Positions 1 to 9,494 of a stretch of 64,000 nt of DNA are shown here, piece by piece. The translations under genes were made by a program, and so were the position numbers. The stretch covers positions 256,060,001 through 256,124,000 of the forward strand of contig NC_067403.1 in the NCBI RefSeq assembly GCF_016432865.1, read 5' to 3'. The notes beneath the pieces are model-generated. The model saw nothing but the letters and a program-made list of their open reading frames with translations. It had not been told where the DNA came from and ran no database searches. The DNA is from Antechinus flavipes (taxonomy: Eukaryota). Each line of letters opens with the position of its first letter. The first letter of the stretch is position 1.

Positions 1-3000
1 TCTTTTAAGAACATTATTTATTTACAATGAAGAGAAATGTCACGTTGAAATGCTGCTTTTACAAAAGCAGAATAAGAAAAAAATGAGAGAATTTATTACT
101 ACATACGAATCATACACGTATACTAAAAATTCCCGGCCTTAGAAGAAGCGAAATGATAATGCAAAGATGAGTGGGAAATGGAGTTGCACAGTTTGGATTT
201 GAAAGGAGCCTGTGTGCTGTCTGTGTCCGTTTCGTTTGCCTCAGACAGGTGTCTCTGTTGAAGAGTTCATTTCATCTGGGAAGCAGAAAACAGCAGGCAT
301 CTCTTAACAGATAAGTTTAATTTGCCTTAGCAGTTAATTGCATGTCAGGGATAATAAGTAAATGCTTTTTAAGTCATGTTTCAGGTCTGAGGCCTCTGTA
401 AAGTAGCCCTTTTTCTGCAAAAATAACCAGTAGCTTTTCTGTTCTGTAGATGCTGCACTGGGGAGAACTCCCCCCTAATCTTTAGAAATAGATGAAATCT
501 AGTTTTATTTTCTCTGCCAGAGTTGGCTTTTCTGAAGCTGGGATGGATCTGTGTTCCTCCCGGTAACTGCAGTTTAGCTAAAAATAGCAAATGTTCTTTA
601 AGAGTAGGATTGTTATTTTTGTAAAGTCTCTAATAATTGCCTATTTAAGTAGAACTTTAATCGACTTTTGTAGGCTGTCTGTTTTGTGGTTGGTGTCGGG
701 CAATCTTGGGGGGGGATTCTTCTCTAATCTTTCAGAACTCTGCGAACAAACTTTAATGGACAAGATCAGGATTGAGCTGAAGATGGAAATTGAACTTAAT
801 ACAGGCAGGAAAGACTTAAAAAGAAACTTTTAAATCCACCCCTCGGCAATGTAGAGCTAAATGACCAGCACTAATAATCCAGGCACTTTGGGCAGTAGAG
901 GCCCTCTAAATAAGGAGTAAAAAAACCAAAACAAAACCAAAAAAAACCTCTTAGACAGTTGGGACACATGTGCAGGTAATCGCTTAAATCATCCAGCAGC
1001 GGTAAGGGCTTCTATATCCAGAACAGGTGATTGTGGTGATTCGGCAGCAGCCAGGCTTGAAGATTTGAACTCAGGAAGAAAGCTCAGGCAGTTTGCACAC
1101 TCCCGAGAGACTGCATGCCGATGTGGAATGCTGACGCCATCTCATGTAGCCTGTTATTCTGGGGCCGGGGCATGTGGGGGGGGGGGGCTCTTTTTTGTTT
1201 CTAGACTTTTCCTTTGCAGAGAGGCTTCATTTCACCCTTCATGAAGCTGCTCAGGATTTGACATGCATAATAAGCAAGCGCTTGGCTCTGCTCTTCTAGT
1301 GTGTGAGTCCCCGCAGTGATGAGTAAATCCTTGGTCTCTTGGAAACTCTGCTCCTTTTGTTCTGAGGGAAAGGGCGGCTCAGGCCGGGCGGGGGGCTTAC
1401 TTGTTTTGTAGCTTTTCTTTTTACAGACTTCACCCAGAATGAATGCAGTGTCTTGACAGCAGGTCTGGTCTGTTGGCAAGTAATGGGCCGTGTGCTTGGT
1501 CTGCTGGGTGTAATAGAGCGCATTTTGAAGCGACTGGAGTATGAGTTATTAAAAATGGTTCCCAATGCTTGGAGTAGTGATTGTGGATGGAGAATCCAGC
1601 TGATGAGTGGTTATTTATTTAAAAAAAAACATGCTGAGTGTTGAAAGGAAATTTCTGCAGCTTTAAGCAGCCGTGTTTGTGATTTGAACCCCCTCAGTCT
1701 GGCAAGTTGTGCTTACTTCCTTTTGGTAAAGATGCTTTTTTTGTTCCCTTTTCTGTCGGGGCGGTGGGGGGGCACTGAAGCCTTTAGTCTTTTCCAGATG
1801 GAGTCATTAAAAAATCAGTTCAAGAAATTACATTGCAAACAAGCAGAAAATGTTGAAGACACTTAATGGCAAGTGAAAATCCAAAATTGCAGCAGTTCAG
1901 TAGCAGTGCATATTGTCCAAGTCTCTCTCTTTTTTCCCTCGCTTGTCTTAACTGTCATATGCAGGAACACACAAAACTCGCTTCTCCCTTGTGATGGGCC
2001 ACAGAAGCCAAGCCAGTAAGAACTAGCTCACTTTCTTTCAAAGCCATTTAAATGCCATTTTCATGGTGGGGGAGTTTGGGAGCAACTCTTTTGAGATAAC
2101 TCTTCACAGACTATTAGAAAGGACATGGAAGAAAGAGATTTACTGCAGTGGACACAGAACCAGGTGAAGTTTTTCCTTTTACTCAGGTGTGAACAACGTA
2201 GCGTGCAAGTGGAGCCGTCCCGCTTTAGGCCGGACCGGCAGTTAGCAGCACTAGCTTGGAGGTGTGGAGGACAGAGAAGGGTGGAAGAGGGGTGAGGTGG
2301 GCGCTAAGCCTTTTTTCTTAAGATTTTTTCAGATACCCTTCCTTAAAGGTGGCACCTAAAGGCTTAAAGTAGCAGCTCCCTTTGGAAGCCTTCTTGTTTG
2401 TGGCAAGTGATGGATGACAAAGCAGTGGCTATTGATCATCTCTGGGGGAGATGGCGTAAAGCAACTCCAGTGGATAATAAGCAAAAACAGTATATTTTGA
2501 TTATCTCTGGGGAAATGGCTTAAAACCCATTTAGTGGATAACAACAAAGCGGTGTATAATTAGTATTTGGGGGAATCGGTGACTTTAAACCATGTATATT
2601 ATTGTCATAAGCATTCAGCACCTCTGACTTGGCCAGCTTCTGCTGCACCAAGAGTCTCTGGGAGGATACACCAAGGGATGGAGTATAAATTAAAACTGCC
2701 CTCCCCCCCCACTCCCCGTTTGCTTTGTTGTTCTAAAGTTTTATAACCAGAAAAAAGTGGATTCTGATCCTAGGCCCCCGCACTTAAGTGGTGGACATCT
2801 TCAAGGTGTCCCGAAGCGGGCGGCCGCCGGCACGTCCACTCGGACTCCGGCCTGGTGCTGCGTAACGGAATGCTTATCTGGGTACCTTGCTGTACCGGGG
2901 CTTTGTATCTGGGGCACAACTGTTTTCAAAGCAGTTTCCCGAGAGCCCAAGTGTGTTTACTGAGGGGGAGGGAAAGGGCAAAAAATTGTTTTCCCCGCCC

Positions 3001-3535
3001 TAAAACACACATCATAGAAATCTAAACCGACCTCTCCCCCTCCCCTAAGTGACTCCTTGCTGCCACAAGGCGCCCATTCTGCCTGAATCTTTGGCCTAGC
3101 CCAGACCACACCCCCCTCACTTCCAGGCTCGGATCCTCGCCAACGGGGCACTTGTAAGGTAACGAGAACGGCCAGAGCGCTGGCTCCGTGTGGGCATCTT
3201 CGGACAGGAGCTCAGATACGGACGCAGAGCAAAGACGTGCAGAGTAGCAGACATCTGAGCGCTAGAGGAGCAAGTGGTTAGAGCCGTGTGGGGTCAGATC
3301 CCTGAAGGGTGGGGCCAGGGCAGGTAGCCATCCACTAGGGATGCCCAGCGTGGGGGGGGTGCCCAACTCTCTGCTCAGACTTTTTCAGGTGAACCTCACA
3401 CACACAGCAGCTTAGCCGAAGCCGATTCTTCTACTCCATACATTGCTCCAAGGTTTTTCTTTTCCTGAGAAAACAGGCTTGTTTCCTCAGGTTTTGCTTT
3501 TTCACCTTTTCCATTTAAAAAAAAAAAAAGCAAAA
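1..3535 (+). ncRNA. MALAT1: MALAT1 lncRNA, 3' portion (5' part lies outside the window)
   Basis: Blocks match human MALAT1 as I recall it, e.g. TGCTTTTACAAAAGCAGAATAA (~54-75), GTTTCGTTTGCCTCAGACAGG (~229-249), GGGCAATCTTGGGGGGGATTCTTCTCTAATCTTTCAGAA (~698-737), ACTGAAGCCTTTAGTCTTTTCCAGATG (~1774-1800) and GGGGTGAGGTGGGCGCTAAGCC (~2289-2310). It ends in the diagnostic triple helix plus mascRNA, has no long ORF, and lies upstream of SCYL1 as in human. Confidence 0.96.
3450..3535 (+). ncRNA. MALAT1: MALAT1 3' ENE+A triple-helix stability element
   Basis: AAGG (3450-53) pairs with CCUU (3505-08). U-rich strand 1 UUUUUCUUUU (3454-63); hairpin CCUGAG/CUCAGG plus AAACA/UGUUU (3464-3491); U-rich strand 2 UUUUGCUUUUU (3492-3502); genomic A-rich tract A13-GC-A4 (3517-3535) ending at the expected RNase P site. 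Confidence 0.97.
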
Positions 3536-3593
3536 GATACTGGTGGTTGGCACTCCTGGTCTCCAGGACGGGGTTCGAGTCCCTGCGGTGTCT
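3536..3593 (+). ncRNA. mascRNA: mascRNA (MALAT1-associated small cytoplasmic tRNA-like RNA), 58 nt before CCA addition
   Basis: GATACTGGTGGTTGGCACTCCTGGTCTCCAGGACGGGGTTCGAGTCCCTGCGGTGTCT directly follows the A-tract. It has a 7-bp acceptor stem GATACTG/CGGTGTC, a TCCTGG/CCAGGA stem, and a T arm CGGGG-TTCGAGT-CCCTG. Confidence 0.96.
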
Positions 3594-3753
3594 TTGCTTT
3601 CTTTAAATGGAGCTGTCTCTCACTCTCAATCTCTCACACACACTCTCTCTCACTCACACTCTCACACTCTCACACTCACATCTCCACCTTAGGAGTAGGG
3701 AGGACCTGAAAGCTGCTTTTTTCCTTAATCTCCCACTGAGAAGAGAAACTGGC

Positions 3754-3759
3754 AATAAA
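3754..3759 (+). terminator. Possible poly(A) signal for the minor polyadenylated MALAT1 read-through form
   Basis: First AATAAA after mascRNA, about 160 nt downstream. Its function is inferred only. Confidence 0.3.
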
Positions 3760-5899
3760 GAAAATGAATTTACATCCTGTTGTGTTTGTTTTTCTGGATG
3801 CGATGGGCCCGGGTCTGACCCATTTCGGGGTGGGGGGAAGAGAGGGGTTTTTACCCACATCTAGGACCAACCTTGTAACAAATCTGAGACAGAAGTGGAA
3901 TTTCCCAAAGTACAAAATTATAGGTGAGTTTAGAGGATGCGAGACACCTAATAATTATGACCCTTTTGTAGAAACAATACATAGCCATGGCCCTCAGCAC
4001 CCTCCCCCCCCCCCCCTGTAAATACTAGGTCACACTAGGACTCCCACTCCCTTCCCCTTCCAGTTCTCTCCTAAGAGCCCCAAAGCTGACAGTGCCAACG
4101 ACAGGCAAAGGTTTAATGTGGCTCAGGCCTGGCCTTGGCAGCTGTCCTGACCTCGGGCCTGGCTGGTGGTGTGGCCACTTAAGCCTTTTAGCCAATAGCC
4201 ACCAGTGTGGGCTTCCTGCCCCTCACTGCTCCCAATTTCCTGCACTGTGTAAACATCTTTCTCACTGGCTGAGAGAGGAACCTGCAGTGCCCAGGGAAGG
4301 CTGCCTGGGCCGGGCTGGATCTGCCTTAGCAAAGGGCCAGCTGCAGGTCTACTTCCTGGGTCAGGGGCCCACAGGCCGTCCCCTCTAAGGGGCCAAGATG
4401 AGGCTGGCCGCTCCCACACCCATGAATTCTGCAGCTGGCCGGAAGTCCTCAGTCACTGAGAAAACAACTGAAAGAGCAGAATTCTGCTCAAGGGAGTGAG
4501 GCCGACCAGACTGCTGGAGTGGCTGCGCCCCCTCGTGGCAGAACGGGGGCATTACTTGGGCTGCAGACTGCTTCGTGGGGACAGATCTAGAGACTGGGGG
4601 CTCCTGGGCGACCCAGAGGCCACTGGCTAAACAGGCAGCCCTGTGCCCTGAGGAGGAGCGCCGGGAGCTGCCCTTGGCCAACGTGCGCAGACACTGTTGG
4701 GTGGGGGATGACCCTGGAGCATTCATTCATCTCTGCCTCTGGATCATTACATCCCTGTCCCCACCCTGGGCAGACAGACCCTACGAGGATTTCCCAGAAG
4801 CCTCTTGTTCCTTGAAGTGCAGACATGCTTGTACAGGCAGATTCTAGATGTCATTCCCCCTCAGGCTCCCCGCAGTCCCCTATTCGGACCGCTCCAGCCT
4901 ATCCCAGAGTGCCTCCCCCTCCCCCATACTGAACCCCCAGTTTCCTTCCATGAAAACCCCCTCTCCACCCTGGTAGGAGCCAGATGAGCTCTATCCCTGC
5001 AAGAGGCTAAGCAGTGACCTTGAGGTCCTCCCCTGAGGAGTCTGGGGCTCCTTACAGCCAATACTTAAGTCAAGTGACATGCTCAGGGTCACACAACTAC
5101 CTTTGAATGACCTCTAGGAGAAGAACCCTTAAGTTTGTCATTCTGACGAATAGACAATGGGCAAGGTCAGAGGCATCCTGGGGGCCAAGCGCCGGTGTGG
5201 GTGCAAAATGAGGCCGGACTGGGCCAGAGGGTTTGATCCTCCTCAGCGGGATAGTTGCCTTCTTTGCACTTACGGTCCAGGATTAGTGTGTGCCTGACTG
5301 ATCCCTTTGTATCCCGGTTTGGAGTTTTTTCCAGCTTATTTTGCAGATGAAGAAACTGAGGCAGGCAGGGTTAAAGGTCACATAGCTGCCTGAAGTCAGA
5401 TTTGACCCTTGGGAGGAATTCTTCCTGAGTAAGTAGACAGAGGTCCACGGAACCACGTAGCAGCCCACCCTCATTTTAGCTGATGGTAAAGCAGAGCTAC
5501 AGAAAGGGTCCAGGGTCCCAGAACGGGAAAAGGGCTCCCAGAAGCTGGGAGGCGGCTGCCCCTGGCCTCCACTTGTCACTGAGCTCCTTCCTTCCCAGCT
5601 CTGACGTGGGGGACAAGGAGGTCACCTGTCTGGGCCCATACCAGTGACTTTGGGGGTCCCAACTGGGAAGCCCCTCTCTGGGACTTGGGAGGGCCTCCAG
5701 AACCACCGCCATTTTATGAAGATGCAGGGAAGTCCACCTGGAGGAGGCCCCGCGAGGGCCTGCAAGCAAGGAGCTGAAATCAGGGTTTTGTCTTATCTTG
5801 GAGGAGAAAAAGGGAGCAGAAATGGCAATGGAGCCCAGGCTGGGAGGGGGCAGTGGAGGCCAGGGTTGGAGGAGATGGGACAATAGAGGCCTGCTGGGC

Positions 5900-6550
5900 T
5901 CCCCTGGGATGGGGACAGAGTCGGGCCGGCGGGGAGAAGCCCCATCTTTAGGGGGCGCCGAGGCTGGCGGCCACGGTGATCGCTGCGGGAGGCCCTCGTG
6001 GGTGCCCCGCACGGCTGGCCCTCGTGCTCCCCCCTTGGAGGTCGCCGTCCCATCCTCCAGGTGCCTCCTGGGAGGGTTTTTCAGCAGGCGGGAGGAGCAC
6101 TGCGGCAGCCGGCAAGTCCGGGAGGCTCTGGGAGCGCGAGCTGGCCGGGCCTTTGCTGCCATCTAGCGGCCGCGCGCATCGCCGCAGTCACGGGCTTTCC
6201 CGCCTAAGCGGAGGGGGGGGGCGAGGGGGAAGGGGAGAGCCCGACCTCGGGTGTGGGGGGGAACACAACTCATGTGGACAGAGAGCAGCCCGAATGGGGG
6301 AGGGGCCGGGAGGCGCGGCGCCTGACGGTGGTCCCCACGGTGGCCCCCGAGGGCAGATGTGAGGCCCCCAGGTGGGCGGGGCCAGGAGGGAAAGGTCCAA
6401 AGGGAGGACATCAGAGGGAGTAACGGGTGATGGGGAAGAAGGACGGGCCCAATGGCACATGGAGCCGCGGGGCCGCGAGCTGGGAGGCGAGAGGGAGCCC
6501 CCGGAGTCCTGAGGTGGCCGCGGGCCCCAGGGCTGGGCTGCAGGACTTGT
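5900..6550. promoter_or_regulatory. Orphan CpG island / promoter-like element downstream of MALAT1
   Basis: GC- and CpG-dense stretch (e.g. GCGGCCGCGCGCATCGCCGC at ~6166-6185) with a GC box GGGCGGGG at 6374-6381. No recognisable gene starts here. Confidence 0.55.
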
Positions 6551-6617
6551 TAATTGGGCAGTTCCCCGGAGGAGAGCCGGGGGGAGGAGGAAGACTGGTT
6601 TAGAAGAGTCAAAGGCA

Positions 6618-6745
6618 GAGGCAATTGGGGTTAAGTGACTTGCCCAGGGTCACACAGCTAGGAATTGTGTCTGAGCTTAGATTTGAACTCAGGTCCTCCC
6701 GACTTCAGGGCAGGTGCTCTAACCACTGCGCCACCTAGTTGCCCC
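6618..6745 (-). mobile_element. tRNA-derived marsupial SINE (WSINE1-like)
   Basis: Reverse complement reads GGGCAACTAGGTGGCGCAGTGGTTAGAGCACC...GAGTTCAAATC...GACCCTGGGCAAGTCACTTAACCCCAATTGCCTC, with Pol III A and B boxes and a CORE remnant. Confidence 0.85.
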
Positions 6746-7069
6746 CAATTTTATTCTTAATTAATTCTGGAAACTCCCCACTCAGGAATCACTAGTGGCT
6801 CCGCATAATGGAAACTCCTTGAAGCTGGGGCCTGTTTCATTTTTATCTTTGCATCCTGGTAGTTAATACAGGGCCTGACAGAACCAAGGCGAAATGTTGG
6901 GAGCTTTATTGCTACCTTCTTTCCAAATTTTAGTTGATTCCTCTTAGTGAATTGTGTCTCCTGACTAACTGGACATAAGGTGAACTCACTGCTGGGGGCT
7001 TTAATCTTAGGAGAGTGGACCCACAGACTACCTTAACCCTAGAATAATCATTTCCCTCTCTAACCCAAT

Positions 7070-7612
7070 CTTTCTCTCTGTTTCTCTCTTTTCTTCCTTC
7101 CTTGCTCTTCTTTTTCTTACTCTTTCTTCCTTTCTTCCTTTGTCTTTTTTTCTTACTTTTTCTTTCTTTTTTCTTTCTCTTTTTTCTTACTTTCTTCCTT
7201 TGTCTTTTTTTCTTCCTTTTTCTTTCTTCTTTTCTTTCTCTTCTTTTTCTTACTTTCTCTTCCTTCCTTCCTTCCTCCTTTTTCTTACTTTCTCTTCTTT
7301 TCTTTTTCTTACTTTCTCTTTCTTCCTTTCTCCTTTTTCTTATTTTTTCTTTCTTTTTCTTCCTTTCTCCTTTCTTCCTTTCTATTTTTCTTCCTTTCTC
7401 TTTCTTCNNNNNNNNNNNNNNNNNNNNNNNNNNNNNNNNNNNNNNNNNNNNNNNNNNNNNNNNNNNNNNNNNNNNNNNNNNNNNNNNNNNNNNNNNNNNN
7501 NNNNNNNNNNNNNNNNNNNNNNNNNNNNNNNNNNNNNNNNNCTTCTTTACTTTTTCTTTCTTTCTCTTCTCTTTCTTAATTTCTCTTTTTTCTTTTCTTT
7601 CTTTTTTTCTCT
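7070..7612. repeat. Polypyrimidine (TTTC/TTC) low-complexity tract containing an assembly gap
   Basis: Almost purely C/T sequence with a run of N at 7408-7541. Confidence 0.95.
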
Positions 7613-7819
7613 CCTAAATTATGTGTCAGGCAATGGATTAACTACTGGAATCCAAAGTGTGTGTACGCCAGCAGAAGGCTGATTCTGCACCTTTTAGAGA
7701 AGCAGGCCGGGTTTTCAAAGCTATCTGGCCGGGGGCATATCATCAGCCCAGCTAGAGTCTCCTCTCTGGCTTATACCGCCAGGTGACTGCGAGATTTCAA
7801 CCTCAAAACCTATCAGATT

Positions 7820-8015
7820 CCTGAAAACTTGAATATATCTGTTATACATATTTAACATATATAGGACTGCTTGCCATCTTGGGGGGGGAGGAGGGAGGGA
7901 GGGGAAAAAACGAAACATAAGTGATTGCAAGGGATAATGTTGTGTAAAAATTATCCTGGCATGGATTCTGTCAATACAAAGTTATTATTAAATAAAATTA
8001 AATTAAAAAAAAAAG
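7820..8015 (+). mobile_element. Marsupial L1 3' end fragment
   Basis: GGACTGCTTGCCATCT, then a G-rich tract, GCAAGGGATAATG...CTGTCAATA and an A-rich tail. A near copy sits at ~10200-10335. Confidence 0.7.
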
Positions 8016-8409
8016 AAAAGAATATATCTGTTATATATGTAAACATTATGTATGTATATATACCCCCATATATATATGCACACATTGCGTCTGTGTGGAT
8101 GTGGATGGTAAGAAAGACAAGAAAAATAAAGAAAAAAAAGAGAAAAATTAAGAAAGAGAAAGGAAAAGAAGAGAAAGACAAGAAAGAAGGAAGGAAAGAG
8201 ACAGAGAAACAGACTGAAACAGAGACAGAGAGACAGAGAGAAAAAGACTGGGGGGGAGGGAGGACAGAGACAGAGAGACAGTGAGATCTAGCCTCAGACT
8301 CTGGAGAAGTTACTTTATCATGCCTGTCTCAGTTTTCTCATCTGTCAAATGAACTTTCTAGCCGCTCTGCTAAGCTTAGCCAGCTCGTTAATCACGGATG
8401 CTACACCGT

Positions 8410-8567
8410 CCAATCAGCTTTCAGCCACTGATCCAATAGCCAATTGTTGCAAGAATCCGTCTTCCCCTTTCCCCTTGCACCAGGCCCGCTGGGAGGCTCC
8501 GCGGCTTGAAGAGCCGCCGATGATGCTCGAGCGTCCTCCAATGAGAAGCAGCCTTTTTCCAGCCAAT
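8410..8567 (+). promoter_or_regulatory. Cluster of five co-oriented CCAAT (NF-Y-type) boxes
   Basis: CCAAT at 8410, 8433, 8440, 8538 and 8563 (the last is AGCCAATCAG), in a CpG-containing island between AT-rich sequence. Confidence 0.5.
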
Positions 8568-8887
8568 CAGGAGAGAGCTTCTGAAGCCGGCTCCGCTGCT
8601 CAAGCTCTCCGGCCCGACCAGGTGTGATCCTCACTCACCTGTCCCCGCTTTTTCCGCAAATTTATTATTGATTTATTATAAATTAGCGATTTCTTAATTA
8701 AATTTATTATTATCAAATAATTATTTATAATTTATTTCTATTTATCTATACATGTTATATATTATAATATTATGTAACATTTATAATATAATTTATAAAT
8801 AATACAAATAATTTATTATGAATTAATAATAATGTGTTAATTAGATGTATTAGTTAAAGGTAATATTTTTATTACTTTTAATTCCCA

Positions 8888-9008
8888 GGGGCAGCTAGAT
8901 GACGCAGAGGATAACGTGCCAACCCTGAAATTAGGAGGGACCTGAGTTCGAATTTGACTTCAGACACTTAATACTTCCTAGCTGCCGGACTCTGGGCAAG
9001 TCATTTAA
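8888..9008 (+). mobile_element. Truncated WSINE1-like SINE
   Basis: GGGGCAGCTAGATGACGCAG...GGACCTGAGTTCGAAT...CTGGGCAAGTCATTTAA. Confidence 0.75.
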
Positions 9009-9494
9009 GTGTCAAATACAAATGACAACCCGTGGTGAAACAAAGCTCAACTGTTATTTTAAAATAGAATCATTTTTAAATTTTAAATTTTAAAAAATCC
9101 TTTTTAAATATTTTTGTTTCTTTTAAATATTTTTGTTTCTTCACACTTACATTTTATACATTTCTTGATAAATGAGTCCTCCTATCTCTTCAAACGGTTC
9201 ATCTGTAAACAGAGCATTACTTCATATTATTTACAAGATAATTTAAGTCAAGTTGAGAAGCATTTATTAAGCACCTGGCTAAGAGCTGGGTGTACAAGGG
9301 CAAAAGACAGTCCCCAGTCTCCAAGAGCTTCAAGTCCAGGAGGAGAAAATACACAAACAGCTGTATACAAACAAGCTATGAGGGGCTTTGGAGAGGGTCT
9401 CAGAGAGGAGCCACTAGGATGAAGATCTGGGGAAAGCTTCTTGCATAAAGTGGGACACAGGGTGATGGGAAACCAGGAAAAACTTATTTCTTTG

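Noticed and set aside
2167-2187. AAGTTTTTCCTTTTACTCAGG, resembling the 5' strand of the triple helix (possible second ENE)
   Set aside because: There is no hairpin, no second U-rich strand and no A-rich partner tract nearby.
3536-3593. mascRNA as a genuine tRNA gene
   Set aside because: It is too short, lacks a proper D arm and anticodon loop, and is processed from MALAT1.
4385-4826. Minus-strand ORFs of 113 and 79 aa downstream of MALAT1
   Set aside because: No recognisable domain, a stop immediately upstream, and no consistent splice-compatible frame with neighbouring candidate exons.
5497-6162. 221-aa minus-strand ORF from the orphan CpG island as a new protein
   Set aside because: Pro/Arg/Ala-rich composition is expected from GC content. 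The candidate spliced versions I tried hit stop codons, and I recognise no homology.
7102-7682. 171 and 180 aa Phe/Leu/Ser-rich ORFs
   Set aside because: Artefacts of a C/T microsatellite spanning an N gap.
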